A stretch of DNA of 64,000 nt, taken from an uncultured Planctomycetaceae bacterium. GTDB taxonomy: Bacteria; Planctomycetota; Planctomycetia; Pirellulales; PALSA-1355. The position numbers and the translations under genes were made by a program. Below, in pieces: positions 49,066 to 60,506 of this stretch (its first letter is position 1; each line of letters opens with the position of its first letter). The notes under the pieces are model-generated. The model saw only the letters and a program-made list of their open reading frames with translations. It was not told the origin of the DNA and made no database searches. The stretch is from assembly GCA_963785305.1 (NCBI GenBank), contig CAWAUV010000007.1, positions 416,001 through 480,000 of the forward strand. The letters run 5' to 3'.

Positions 49066-49932
49066 ATGATTTCCTTCCGATCGCTATTACTGAATTTGTA
49101 TTACCGGTTCCAGTATCCGGGCCGGTTGCTCGTCAACGCGCAGCGCGCCGCCGAGGGCAACTTGCCGGTGATGGTGCTGGCCTATCATCGCGTGGCCGAC
49201 GATCGCGCCACGGATTGGACCCAATCGAATCGGTCGTTCGAAAAGCAAATGCGCTGGCTCAAGCGGCACTTCGAAATGGTGTCGCTGGCCGAGGCCCAGC
49301 GGCGGATTCGCGCCGGACACAATTCACGTCCCACGGTGAGTGTCACCTTCGACGATGGCTATGCCGCCAATTGCGACTTCGCGATTCCGTTTCTCCTCGC
49401 CGAGAATATTCCCTGCACCTACTTCGTCACCAGCAGCGTGGTGATCGATGGCGGGACCTTCATTCACGACGCGCACATCGGCAAGCGACTCGCGCCCAAC
49501 ACCGCCGCGCAGATTCGCGAAATGGTGGCGGCCGGCATCGAGATCGGCAACCACAGTCTCACGCATCCGAATTTCGGCGCGATCACCGATCCGCGTCGCG
49601 TGTACCGGGAAGTCGTCGTCTCGGGAGAAAAACTGGCCGATCTCATGGGCAAGCCGGTTCGCTATTTCGCCTTTCCCTATGGACATCATCAGAACCTCAA
49701 CGCCAGCGTGTTCGGGCTCGCCAAGGAACATGGATACGAAGCGGTCTGCTCGGCTTATGGCGGCTTCAATTTTCCGGGCGACGACGCCTTTCATTTACAG
49801 CGAATCATGGCCGACGAGGAATTCGTGCGGCTCAAGAACTGGATGACGATCGACCCTCGTAAACTCACCTCGGTCGCGCGGTTCGAATACCGCGAGGATC
49901 TTATGGCGGCGACCGAAGGGGTGCTGCAATGA
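49066..49932 (+). CDS. Polysaccharide deacetylase (CE4)
   Basis: LAYHRV, VTFDDGY, IGNHSLTHP and FAFPYG. Confidence 0.93.
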   Translation: MISFRSLLLNLYYRFQYPGRLLVNAQRAAEGNLPVMVLAYHRVADDRATDWTQSNRSFEKQMRWLKRHFEMVSLAEAQRRIRAGHNSRPTVSVTFDDGYAANCDFAIPFLLAENIPCTYFVTSSVVIDGGTFIHDAHIGKRLAPNTAAQIREMVAAGIEIGNHSLTHPNFGAITDPRRVYREVVVSGEKLADLMGKPVRYFAFPYGHHQNLNASVFGLAKEHGYEAVCSAYGGFNFPGDDAFHLQRIMADEEFVRLKNWMTIDPRKLTSVARFEYREDLMAATEGVLQ

Positions 49933-51617
49933 GCTTGGTGGCTGAAGCACTCGCGATCGAACCGAATCCGCGCGGCGACGCGTCCGCGGTGGGAGCATGC
50001 CTCGGGGAGGCGGCCGGCGGCGAAGCGGGCTGCGCCGATGAGTCGTCGCCGGTTCCCGTCGCGACCGCTCGTGGCCGGGTTCAGGTGAGCACGCTGGCCG
50101 AGAGCGTGGTGATACTGCTCGTGATGACGGTGCTCCAGCGGCTGATCGGCTTTGGACGTGGCATGCTATTTTGTCGCTGGCTCGACACCGAACAACTCGG
50201 CCTGTGGGACGTGGCCTATGGGTTTTTGAACCTCGCGGCGCCGGTCGTGGTGCTCGGGCTGCCGGGCTCCTTTGGGCGCTATGTCGAGTATTACCGCCAG
50301 CGCGGACAATTGCGGACGTTTCTCGCGAGGATCATCGGATTCACGCTCGCGGCGATGACCGCCTCGACGGCGGCGATCTTGGCGCTGCGCGGCGAAGTCG
50401 GCCAAATCGTGTTCAATCGGCCGGATCAGGGCAGCCTGATTTTTTGGCTCGCGGTGGCGATGTGTGGCGTGATCGCGTTCAACACCGTCACCTTGCTGCT
50501 CATTGCCCTGCGGTTGCATCGGTTGGTGAATCACCTCCAATTCTTTCAAAGCCTGGGTTTCGCCGGCTTGAGCCTGGCGCTGTTCGTCGGCTGGCAAATG
50601 TCGGCCGGCGCGGCGCTCCTGGCTTTTGGAATTTCATCGCTCGTCTGCGCCACCGCCACGCTGGGCCGCATGGGCCAAGTGTGGCAAGAAGCGCCCGCGG
50701 CCGAGGAAACGCTCTCGCATCGGGCGATGTGGGTGCGCGTGATGCCCTTCGCGCTCTGGATGTGGGTAAACAACGCGCTCTACAACCTGTTCGATCTGGT
50801 CGACCGCTATATGCTGTTGCACACCAGCGGCCTCGAGCCGCATGAGGCCCTGCGCCAGGTGGGCAACTATCACACGTCGCGCATTTTACCGGTGCTCATG
50901 ATGAGCGTCGCCGCGCTGCTCGGCTCGATGCTCACGCCGCACTTGAGCCACGACTGGGAACTCGGCCGCCGGCGCGAAGTCTGCGACCGGCTCAACATGG
51001 CGCTCAAGCTGCTCTCGCTCGCCCTGCTCGCCGCCGGCGTGGGCGCGTTGCTCGTGGCCCCGGCGCTGTTTTACCATGGCTTCGAAAACAAATACGCCGC
51101 CGGACTCGCGGTGTTGCCCTGGACGCTCACCTATTGTTCGTGGTTCGGGCTGTTCGCCGTCGCCCAGAATTATCTTTGGTGCGCCGAGCGGGCGGGCCGC
51201 GCGAGCCTCGCGCTCTTGCTCGGACTAATGCTCAACGTGGCGCTGAACTATGTGTTTCTCCCGTTGTGGGGTTTGCATGGCGCCGTCTGGGCCGCGACCG
51301 TGGCCAATGGCTTCACGCTCGCCGCCGTCTATTTGTTTTGCGCCGCCTCGGGCATGCGGGTGCATCGCGGCACATGGCTGCTCTCGCTCGCCCCGATCAC
51401 GCTCGGCGCCGGCTGGCCGCTGGCGCTGCCGATCTTGCTTGTGCTGGCGACTCTCGCCGCGTCGACCGAGTGGCTGTTCAATGCCCCTGAAAAAGCCGAG
51501 ATGACCGAAGCGCTTCGGGGCCTCGCGGCGCGGCTCGCCAAACTTCGCCGCCGCGATCCAGACGCCACGAACCTCGATTCGCTCCCCACCGTTTCCTCGA
51601 ATCAAACCCCGAACTGA
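49929..51617 (+). CDS. Wzx/MOP-family oligosaccharide flippase
   Basis: About 12-14 TM segments, LGLPGSFGRY, DRYML and NVALNYVFLPLWGLHGA. Located in an EPS gene context. Confidence 0.85.
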   Translation: MSLVAEALAIEPNPRGDASAVGACLGEAAGGEAGCADESSPVPVATARGRVQVSTLAESVVILLVMTVLQRLIGFGRGMLFCRWLDTEQLGLWDVAYGFLNLAAPVVVLGLPGSFGRYVEYYRQRGQLRTFLARIIGFTLAAMTASTAAILALRGEVGQIVFNRPDQGSLIFWLAVAMCGVIAFNTVTLLLIALRLHRLVNHLQFFQSLGFAGLSLALFVGWQMSAGAALLAFGISSLVCATATLGRMGQVWQEAPAAEETLSHRAMWVRVMPFALWMWVNNALYNLFDLVDRYMLLHTSGLEPHEALRQVGNYHTSRILPVLMMSVAALLGSMLTPHLSHDWELGRRREVCDRLNMALKLLSLALLAAGVGALLVAPALFYHGFENKYAAGLAVLPWTLTYCSWFGLFAVAQNYLWCAERAGRASLALLLGLMLNVALNYVFLPLWGLHGAVWAATVANGFTLAAVYLFCAASGMRVHRGTWLLSLAPITLGAGWPLALPILLVLATLAASTEWLFNAPEKAEMTEALRGLAARLAKLRRRDPDATNLDSLPTVSSNQTPN

Positions 51618-51619
51618 AC

Positions 51620-52863
51620 ATGCTCAACCCAAAACGACAATCGCCGACCCCGCTGGCCGATCGTGGCCCGCTGCGCGTGATGTTTCTCAATACCTCGCTC
51701 GTCGTGGGCGGAGCCGAAACCTTGCTGGTCGATCTGGTGCGCCGACTCGATCGCGAGCGGTTCTTGCCGGAGATCGCGTGTCTCAAGACCCCCGGCCCAC
51801 TGGGCGAAATGCTCGCGCGCGAGATGCCGGTTCACAGCGGATTCTTGCGATCGAAGTTCGACGCGCGCGTGCTCAAGCGACTCACGCGACTGTGCATCGA
51901 GCGCCGGGTCGACGCCGTGGTCACGGTGGGCGCCGGCGACAAGATGTTCTGGGGCCGGCTCGCCGCTTGGCGCGCCGGGGTCCCGGTCGTGCTTTCCGCC
52001 TTGCATTCGACCGGCTGGCCCGATTCGATCGGCCGCTTGAATCGCTGGCTCACTCCGCTGACCGATGCGTTCATCGGCGTCGCTCCGGCGCATGGCGGAT
52101 ATTTGATCGAGCGCGAGCGATTCCCGGCGGCCAAAGTCCGCGTGATTCCCAATGGCGTCGATGTCGAACGCTTTGCCCAGCGCGGCGAGCGCGACTCGCT
52201 CCGCCGCTCGCTCGGAATCGAGGCCGACGCCCCGGTGGCGGCGATCGTGGCGGCGCTGCGGCCCGAAAAAAATCACGCGATGTTTCTCGAAGCCGCGGCG
52301 CAAGTGCGCGCGCGGCGCCGGGGGCAAGGTTCCTGATCGTGGGCGATGGCGATCTGCGCCTCGGGCTCGAGCAACTCGCGCACGGCTTGGGGCTTGGCGA
52401 CGCGGTGCTGTTTCTTGGCTCGCGGAAGGATGTGCCGGCCGTGCTCGCGGCGGCGGATATCTTCGTGCTCACCTCGCGCACCGAGGCGAGCCCGGTCTCG
52501 ATTTTGGAAGCGATGGCGGCTGGCAAGCCGGTGGTGGCCCCTCGCGTGGGCTCGATCGCCGAATCGGTGGCCGACGGCGTGACCGGTTACCTGACCACGC
52601 CGGGTTCGGCCGAGGAAACGTCCCGACGCATCGTATCGCTGATGCTCGACCCCGTTGGCGCCGCGCGAATGGGCGCCGCCGGCAGCGAGGCGGTGCGGCG
52701 GCATGGCTCGCTCGAACGCATGGTCGAAGGCTACCAAGACCTGATCGCCGAGATCTACGCCTCGAAATGCCGCGGCGGCGCTGGGGGCGCCAAGCGGCCC
52801 GAAAGCGCGCTGGGCAAGCCTGAGATGCTCGCCGAAGGCGCGGCGTCGCTCGAGCCGACGTAG
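51620..52863 (+). CDS. GT4 glycosyltransferase, frameshift near 52320
   Basis: GGAE, VIPNGVD, LRPEKNH and DIFVLTSRTEASPVSILEAMAAGKPVV. Confidence 0.92.
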
Positions 52864-53068
52864 AATCGGCTCATGGCGTTTTTGTTGACCCAATCCCAGG
52901 CAAACGACGAATCCTGGCAAAACGGCAAACATTTCGCGGGACTATGCGGCCCGCGCCGGCGGCGGTATTATCGGCGCTGCTTGGCGCCGCCGCCCTGTTG
53001 CCCGGCGCCTCGCCGGCGCCTCGCCGGCGCCGGAATCCCGTGCTCTCGAGCGACGAATTCATTTTCCC

Positions 53069-53668
53069 ATGACCGGAACCCTGCTGGCGGTGATCGCGCG
53101 GCTGCTTAGCGGCGCCAGCGTGCGTTGGATCGACTGCCAGCCCGACACGCGGCAGCGCATCTACTTCGCCAACCACACCAGCCATCTCGACGCCGTGGTG
53201 CTCTGGTCGTCGCTGCCGCAGCCCTTGCGGGCCCTGGTGCGGCCGGTGGCGGCCAAGGACTACTGGAACAGCGGCGGAGTGCGACGCTACCTGGCTCGCA
53301 CTTTCAATGCCCTCCTGATCGACCGCACCGATATCAAGGTGCATCAAAGCCCGGTCGATGTGATGCTACGCGAGATTGGCGACCGGTATTCGCTGATCGT
53401 GTTTCCCGAGGGGAGTCGCAACACTGGTTCGGAAATCAATGAGTTCAAGAGCGGCCTCTTTTATCTGGCCAAGAAGCGGCCCGACTTGGAGCTGGTGCCG
53501 GTGCATATCGACAATCTCAATCGGGTGCTCCCGCGCGGCGAGTTCTTGCCGGTTCCGCTGTTGAGTTGCATTAGTTTCGGACCACCGCTGAAACTGGCGA
53601 CCGGCGAACCGAAGGCTGAATTTCTCCGCCGCGCGCGAGAGGCGGTGCGACGGCTCAAGGATTTGTGA
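53069..53668 (+). CDS. Lysophospholipid acyltransferase (PlsC family)
   Basis: NHTSHLD, AAKDYW and FPEGSR. Confidence 0.92.
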   Translation: MTGTLLAVIARLLSGASVRWIDCQPDTRQRIYFANHTSHLDAVVLWSSLPQPLRALVRPVAAKDYWNSGGVRRYLARTFNALLIDRTDIKVHQSPVDVMLREIGDRYSLIVFPEGSRNTGSEINEFKSGLFYLAKKRPDLELVPVHIDNLNRVLPRGEFLPVPLLSCISFGPPLKLATGEPKAEFLRRAREAVRRLKDL

Positions 53669-53811
53669 AACTTGCGGCGGGGCCTGTGCGAGCAATCGCC
53701 GGCGAGTATCATGAACGGGCGCGGCGGCTCGGCGTCGGACACGATTCCTCGCTCGGCCGCGGCACTCGCTCGCGACATCCCTCGCCGCTTTCCCCGGAGT
53801 TCCCGCTGCCC

Positions 53812-54837
53812 ATGAAGGCCATCGTTCTCGAACGTCCGCTTGAGTTTTCGCTGCACGAGGTTCCCGAGCCCGCGGCCCCGGCCGCCGGCGAAGCGCGCGT
53901 GCGCGTGCATCGCGTCGGCATTTGCGGCTCCGACATCAGTGGTTATCTCGGCAAGATGCCGTTCTACAGCTATCCGCGCATTCCAGGCCACGAGCTCGGG
54001 GTCGAGGTCCTGGCCGTGGGACCGGAGGTTTCGAACATCAAGCCGGGCGATCGCTGTTCGGTCGAGCCGTATATGAATTGTCAGCAGTGCTTGGCCTGCC
54101 GCCGCGGTTCCGGCAATTGCTGCGAAAAACTGCAGGTGCTGGGCGTGCATACCGATGGCGGCATGCGTCCCGAGTTCAACCTGCCGGCCCGCAAACTGCA
54201 CCCTTCGGCCACGCTCTCGCTCGATCAACTGGCGCTGGTCGAGACACTCGCGATCGGCTGCCACGCGGTGAATCGCGGCGCACCGCAAGCCGGCGAACAT
54301 GCGCTCGTGATCGGCGCCGGGCCGATCGGACTGTCGGTGATCGAATTCCTGAAGCTAGCCGGAGTCGAGATCACGGTGCTCGATCTGAACACCCGGCGAC
54401 TCGACTTCTGCAAACACACGATGGGCGTCCACCACACGGTGCAATCGCAAACCGATGGCGGTGAAACCGCGGAGCTTCAGCGCATCACGAACAACGAGCT
54501 CCACACGCTCGTGATCGACGCCACCGGCTCCTCGCGATCGATGTCGGCCGCGTTTCATTTTGTCGGACACACCGGCCGGCTGGTCTATGTGGGCATCGTG
54601 ACCGACGAGATTCATTTCCCCGACCCGCTGTTGCACCGCCGCGAGATGACGCTTTACGCCTCGCGCAACGCGCTGCCGACGGACTTCACGCGGATCATCA
54701 AACTGATCGAAACCGGCCAGATCGATACCCGACCCTGGATCACGCATCGCACGCCATTCGCGGAGCTAATCGGCAATTTCGCCTCATATGCGAGCCCCGA
54801 GACCGGCGTCATCAAAGCCATGGTCGAAATCACCTGA
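53812..54837 (+). CDS. Zn-dependent (MDR) sugar-acid/polyol dehydrogenase
   Basis: GICGSD, GHE, C-x2-C-x2-C-x7-C and GAGPIG. The SRNA motif resembles L-galactonate dehydrogenase-like enzymes. Confidence 0.9.
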   Translation: MKAIVLERPLEFSLHEVPEPAAPAAGEARVRVHRVGICGSDISGYLGKMPFYSYPRIPGHELGVEVLAVGPEVSNIKPGDRCSVEPYMNCQQCLACRRGSGNCCEKLQVLGVHTDGGMRPEFNLPARKLHPSATLSLDQLALVETLAIGCHAVNRGAPQAGEHALVIGAGPIGLSVIEFLKLAGVEITVLDLNTRRLDFCKHTMGVHHTVQSQTDGGETAELQRITNNELHTLVIDATGSSRSMSAAFHFVGHTGRLVYVGIVTDEIHFPDPLLHRREMTLYASRNALPTDFTRIIKLIETGQIDTRPWITHRTPFAELIGNFASYASPETGVIKAMVEIT

Positions 54838-54950
54838 GGCGCGCCCGCCGCCGCGATGTTCGACCAGCGCGCCACCCGAGCCCCGCGGCGGCAATCGCGC
54901 TCGGTGGTCGTCGTGGATTCATGCAATGGAAAATAACCGGCGCCGAATGC

Positions 54951-56186
54951 CTAGTGCTCTGTCAGCAACGGCACGATGGATGGTACTCTTTAGGCGTGGT
55001 TGGTTGAAAGATCGATGTTCCGATGCCAAGGAGGGCGCCATGGAAAAGTTTTATCGGGTGACGTTGACGGAGGATGAGCGGCGGGGATTGCGGAAGTTGG
55101 TTTCGACGGGCAAGGGCGCCGCGCAAAAGTTGAATCGGGCTCGCATGTTGTTGCTGGCGGATCAATCGGATGGCGGACCTGCCAAATCCGATCCGGAGAT
55201 TGTCGAGGCGTTGGGATGCGGGCGGGCCACCGTGGAGCGGCTGCGGAAACGGTTCGTCGAAGAGGGACTTGAAATCGCGGTCGATCCCCCGCCTCGAAAG
55301 CGAGTTTACCAGCCTCTGCTTGATGGCAAGGCGGAGGCGCATCTGGTGGCTTTGGCCTGCGGCGCTCCGCCGCAAGGCCGAGCACGCTGGACGTTGCGGC
55401 TGTTGGCGGATCGCATGGTGACGCTGGATTACGTGGAGCACGTCTCTTACGAGACCGTGCGGCAAACGCTCAAAAAAACGAACTTAAGCCGTGGTTGAAG
55501 AAGGGCTGGTGCTTGCCCAGTGGGCCATCGGCTGAATTCGTGGCCGCGATGGAAGATGTGTTGGAAGTGTACCATCGCCCCCAGGATCCCAGCCGGCCAA
55601 TGGTCTGCATGGATGAATGCAGCAAGCAGTTGGTGGCCGAAGTCCGCGATCCGCTGCCACCGCGTCCCGGAGACGTTGCCAAATTCGACAGTGAATACGA
55701 ACGCCGTGGCACGGCGAACATCTTTATGGCCGTCGAACCGCTGGCGGGCCAACGCACGGTGCAAGTCACCGATCAACGGACGCGCACCGATTGGGCTCGA
55801 TTCATTCGCTACTTGCTACTGACCGTGTATGCCAAGGCAACGGTGCTGGTGCTGGTCATGGACAATCTGAATACCCACGGCATCGCCAGCTTGTATGAAG
55901 CCTTTGATCCGGAGACGGCCCGCGCCTTGGCCGCGCGGCTGGAGATTCACTACACTCCCAAGCACGGCAGTTGGCTCAACATGGCGGAAACCGAACTGAG
56001 CGTGCTTTCGCGACAATGCCTCGACCGCCGCATCGAAAGCAAATCGCTACTGAGCCGAGAAGTGGTGGCCTGGGAACAGCAACGCAACCAGAATTGCAGC
56101 AAAATCGATTGGCGATTCACCACCGCCGACGCCCGGGTACAACTTAAGCGACTCTATCCCTCATACCAGACCTGACAGAGCACTAG
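54951..56186 (+). mobile_element. IS630-family insertion sequence, complete
   Basis: Perfect 15-bp terminal inverted repeat CTAGTGCTCTGTCAG (including the CTAG target) at both ends, enclosing a two-ORF transposase. Confidence 0.95.
55040..56175 (+). CDS. IS630 transposase (HTH orfA 55040-55498 plus DDE orfB, -1 shift at A7, 55472-55478)
   Basis: AAGGAGG RBS, RWTLRLLA, LKK/NELKPW junction, and DDE motifs CMDE, MDNLNTH and WLNMAETE. Confidence 0.95.
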
Positions 56187-56254
56187 TTCGTCGGGTGAAT
56201 GCCGCGCGATTCCGGGGTTCAAAGCGCGAACCATGCCATCGATTTCTCGGCAAT

Positions 56255-57315
56255 TTAATCGGCGGGCTCCAGGGCTCTGAGGGCAATGGCGACTTCGGCC
56301 GCCGACGCAAAACGGCTTCGCCAATCCCTGGCCAAGCAACGGTCGCAGATCGCGCGCAGCGCGTTCGGCGCCGACTCAGGCAATTCGTCCGGAGTCCACG
56401 CCTCGGTCAAAGAGTCCGCATCGTCAAGGCATTCGCTGATCGACGCGCTTGCGACGCTGGGTCGACCGAAGCACATTGCGAACAAGATCGCTCCCAGGCC
56501 GTAAACGTCCGTCGCGGGTCCAATGGGTCCCAGGGAACGATCCATTTGCTCGGGCGCCATGAATCCAACCGTGCCGGCGATCGATTCGGCATCTACCACC
56601 GCATCCGCCTCCGTCCAGGCAAATCCGAAGTCGGTCACGAACACATGTCCGCTGGAATCGATCAGCACATTCCCGGGTTTCATATCTCGATGAATAACTC
56701 CGCGATCGTGCGCATGTTGAACTGCATCGGCCACATGAGCCACGATCTTGGCGGCCGTGCTCGGCGGGATGTCGCCAGCATCGCATAGTTTGGTCAAGTC
56801 ATGACCATCGATCAGATCCATCACCATGAAATAGCCACCGTCCGCGAGCCGTCCCAGGCCATGCACGGGCACAATATTTGGATGGCGGAAGCGCGCCACG
56901 AGTTCGGCCTCTCGCACGAATCGCTCAACCAAACGCCGCCGACCACGGAGCTTCTTTCGCAATACTTTGACCGCCACTCGGCGGCCCGTGGATCGGTGGA
57001 TCGCGGTGTAGATCTTGGCCACGCCCCCGGACCCAATCATTGCGGTCAAATGGTAGTCGGCGTGTCGAAGCGCCGAGGAGTCCTCGGCTGTCCTCGCTTC
57101 CGTACCCCCGCCATGCTTCGCAATGGTTTCCGGGGCCTCGCATTCGTCGCTGATTGAAGGACATCGTGCGCGTCGATGCGACGTGCCAATTTGGCTGAGA
57201 TTCGGCCGCGGGCCAATGCCAAGAGCCGATCGGCATATCGATCGAAAAGCGCGCCCGCGGCGTGGCCATCTCCACGACGGTAGCGGTCGAGCAGTTCTCC
57301 CGAAGTCTCCGGCAT
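56255..57315 (-). pseudogene. Truncated ECF sigma N-terminus joined out of frame to a Ser/Thr protein kinase domain
   Basis: LLDRYRRGD..AA..LFDRY..RLLALARGRI...DAHDVLQS up to about 57150, then kinase motifs GSGG, VAVK, HPNIV, HRDMKPGN, TDFG and MAPE in another frame. Confidence 0.7.
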
Positions 57316-57457
57316 GATGGCCATTGTTGTCCGTGATTTGGGTACTGGGCAAGTTTTTTTCCCATGCCGTGGCCGGCCGAGACGGCCAAAGTGCATCTAC
57401 TTGGGTGAACGCTCCTTTTTTGGCATTGTATCGGATTCTCAACAGGAAATTCGACCT

Positions 57458-57733
57458 ATGACTTACGTCGTGACTGAACCATGCGTCGGCTGCAAATACA
57501 CCGATTGTGTCGTGGTCTGCCCGTGCGACTGCTTTCGAGAAGGGGAAAAAATGCTCTACATTGACCCGACCGAATGCGTCGACTGCGACGCGTGCGTGTC
57601 CGAGTGCCCGGTGGAGGCGATATTTCATGAAGACAACGTGCCTGCCGAGTGGCGCGAATTCATCGCGCTGAACGCGGAAATGGCGGCCCAATGTCCGCCG
57701 ATCACGTGTAAAAAGCCGCCGCTGGCCCCTTGA
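57458..57733 (+). CDS. fdxA: FdxA-type dicluster ferredoxin
   Basis: MTYVVTEPCVGCKYTDCVVVCPCDCF...IDP.ECVDCDACVSECPVEAI. AGGA RBS. Confidence 0.95.
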   Translation: MTYVVTEPCVGCKYTDCVVVCPCDCFREGEKMLYIDPTECVDCDACVSECPVEAIFHEDNVPAEWREFIALNAEMAAQCPPITCKKPPLAP

Positions 57734-58203
57734 CCGCGGCCAATTCGAGCGACCATCGCGAGCAACGGCGGCGGTGCGCGGCGAGGACAATACGGCAAGC
57801 TGCTTAAGGCTTCCGCCCAAGTGCTTTTCGAACCACAACCGCTAACTGCCGCGGTTCGGACATCGCGCGTCGCCGGTCGGTAGCGAGGGTTCGATTGCGA
57901 CCGGCCGTCGGCGATCGGGCCGCGATCGGGCTCTCCCGCGGGAGTTCGCGACACGATGCCAGTTGCGGTTGGCATGTGACCGCCCAGACCGGTCAGACGG
58001 GGATCGCGAGTGTTTAGGTTCCATTTCCCGTTATCCGCGGCCGGCGGGCGAATCGCTCTCCTTTCCGCCTGGGGCCTACAAAAATCGAGGCTGCTGCTCT
58101 ACAAATAACGTCTCGCGGGCAATGGTTCGCCGCCGATGTTCGCGCGGGAAATACCCAGTCTTCCCAAAACCCCATGTTATCCAGCAACACAAGCACGATT
58201 CCC

Positions 58204-60210
58204 ATGCTTCACGTCACTTTGCCCGATGGTTCGTCGCGTCAGTATTCTCGTCCCGTGTGTCCGGCGGATATCGCCGCCGAGATCGGGCCCGGGCTCGCCA
58301 AGGCGGCGCTCGCGGCGGTGGTCGATGGCAAGGTGGTCGGCGTCGATGCGCCGCTACCCGCGAGCGGCGAGGTGCGGCTCACGCTGCTCACGAAGAAAGA
58401 CCCTCGGGCGCTGGCCGTGATGCGGCATTCGTGCGCCCACCTCATGGCTCGGGCCATCATGCGGCTGTTCGACGGGGTGCAGCTTGCCTTTGGGCCAACG
58501 ATCGAAAACGGGTTTTATTACGACTTCGAATTGCCGCACAAGTTGAGCGAGGCCGATTTTCCGGCGATCGAGGCCGAAATGGCCCGGCTCGTGAAGCTCA
58601 ATGAGTCGTTCGAGCGGATCGAGTCGCCGCGGGAGAAGGCGATCGCTATTTGCGCCGATCTTCGCCAGCCGCTCAAGGTGGAGCACATCGAGCAAGGCTT
58701 GGCCGATCATGCCACGCTCTCCTTTTATCGGCAGGGCGAATTTATCGACCTGTGTCGCGGGCCGCATGTGCCTTCGGCCGGAGCGATCGGGGCGTTTAAG
58801 ATTCTCAGCGTGGCGGGCGCCTATTGGAAAGGCGACGCCTCGCGACAGCAGTTGCAGCGGGTCTACGCCACGGCCTACTTCACCCAAGCCGAACTCGACG
58901 AACGGCTCAAAACGCTCGAGGAAGCCAAGCGGCGCGATCATCGCGTGCTCGGAAAACAGCTCGATCTGTTCACGACCAGCCCGCTCGTGGGCGCCGGACT
59001 CATTTTGTGGATGCCCAAGGGCGCCCTGGTGCGCACATTGCTCGAAGGCTTTGTGCGCGAGGAGCTCACTCGCCGCGGCTATCAGCCGGTGTTCACTCCG
59101 CATATTGGCCGAGTCGAGCTGTATCAAATCTCGGGCCACTTCCCGTACTACGCCGACAGCCAGTTCAAGCCGATCGTGATGAGCGAGGACGAACGCTATC
59201 TGCTCAAGCCGATGAATTGTCCGCACCATATCATGATCTACAAGGCGAAGCCCCGGAGCTATCGCGACCTGCCGGTGCGGCTGGCCGAGTTTGGCTCGGT
59301 GTATCGCTACGAGCAGTCGGGCGAGCTGGGCGGGCTCACGCGAGTGCGCGGGTTCACGCAAGACGATGCGCACCTGTTTTGCACCGAGGAGCAGGTGGCC
59401 GATGAATTTCGCGGCTGCTTGGAGATGACCCAGTCGATTCTGCAAGCCCTGGGAATGACGAACTATCGCGTGCGGCTCGGGTTTCGCGACCCGGCGAGCG
59501 ATAAATATGTCGGCGGCGACGAAGTGTGGAACCGGGCCGAGAAAGCGCTCGAGGAGGTGTGTCGCTCCGTGTTGCCGAAGTTCGACATTGCCCGCGGCGA
59601 AGCGGCGTTTTACGGACCGAAGGCCGACTTCGTGGTGTCCGACTGCCTGGGTCGCGAGTGGCAGCTCGGCACCGTGCAGCTCGACTACAACTTGCCGAGC
59701 AGCGAGCGGTTCGCCTTGGAATATGTCGGGGCCGATAACCAAACGCATCGGCCCGTGATGATCCACCGCGCGCCGCTCGGGTCGCTCGAGCGGTTCATGG
59801 GAGTGCTCATCGAGCATTTCGCCGGCGCGTTTCCGCTGTGGCTGGCGCCCGAACAGGCGCGAATCGTGACCGTGAGCCAAAAGTCGGAAGCCTACGCCCG
59901 GGAGGTCGAAGCAAGGTTTCGCTCCGCGGGGCTGCGAGTGAGCGGCGACTATCGGGCCGAAAAGCTGGGCTCCAAGATTCGAGACGCCCAGCTCGAGCTG
60001 ATTCCGTACATGATGGTGGTCGGCGAGCGCGACGCGGCGGCCGGCACGGCGGCGGTGCGCGACCGCATCGATGGCGACCAGGGCTCGCTGCCGGTGGCCG
60101 AGGCGATCGAGCGGCTGCTGGCCGAGGTTCGCGAGCGCCGGGTGCGGCAAGTGGCGGCGCCGATGGTGGCGGCCTCGCCCGCGACCGAGACCGAAGACCA
60201 CGCGTATTGA
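58204..60210 (+). CDS. thrS: Threonine--tRNA ligase
   Basis: TGS domain, [39 protein letters not shown] and [11 protein letters not shown]. Confidence 0.99.
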   Translation: MLHVTLPDGSSRQYSRPVCPADIAAEIGPGLAKAALAAVVDGKVVGVDAPLPASGEVRLTLLTKKDPRALAVMRHSCAHLMARAIMRLFDGVQLAFGPTIENGFYYDFELPHKLSEADFPAIEAEMARLVKLNESFERIESPREKAIAICADLRQPLKVEHIEQGLADHATLSFYRQGEFIDLCRGPHVPSAGAIGAFKILSVAGAYWKGDASRQQLQRVYATAYFTQAELDERLKTLEEAKRRDHRVLGKQLDLFTTSPLVGAGLILWMPKGALVRTLLEGFVREELTRRGYQPVFTPHIGRVELYQISGHFPYYADSQFKPIVMSEDERYLLKPMNCPHHIMIYKAKPRSYRDLPVRLAEFGSVYRYEQSGELGGLTRVRGFTQDDAHLFCTEEQVADEFRGCLEMTQSILQALGMTNYRVRLGFRDPASDKYVGGDEVWNRAEKALEEVCRSVLPKFDIARGEAAFYGPKADFVVSDCLGREWQLGTVQLDYNLPSSERFALEYVGADNQTHRPVMIHRAPLGSLERFMGVLIEHFAGAFPLWLAPEQARIVTVSQKSEAYAREVEARFRSAGLRVSGDYRAEKLGSKIRDAQLELIPYMMVVGERDAAAGTAAVRDRIDGDQGSLPVAEAIERLLAEVRERRVRQVAAPMVAASPATETEDHAY

Positions 60211-60506
60211 CCGGTGGCGAGCGGCGTCCGTTTTGGGCCGCCAGCGGGTCCATTTATTTGGCGCTGGGGGCTACTGGCGCGGTCTGGGGCTAGCAAAATG
60301 GGTCGTGGTGGATGAGCCGGGCAAAAAAACTTGCACTCTGGCGGGTCGTGACGAATTGACGCGGCGGCCCCGAGGTGGCATTATTTCAAGTTGCCGCGCT
60401 GCGGCCCCCCGGCGGCCGGTGTTGGAAAACGCCGTTGAGCGGGGCAGCGCTCCCCCGGCGTCGTGCATTGGCCCCACCCCGAAGTTTTGCAGGAAGGATG
60501 CAAGCC

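Noticed and set aside
54788..55039. Upstream extension of transposase orfA
   Set aside because: It crosses the IS end. The RBS supports the start at 55040.
57316..57838. N-terminal extension of the 527-aa kinase ORF
   Set aside because: It overlaps the clear ferredoxin gene on the opposite strand and is not protein-like.
58354..60201. 615-aa minus-strand ORF
   Set aside because: Antisense shadow of thrS with no recognisable motifs.
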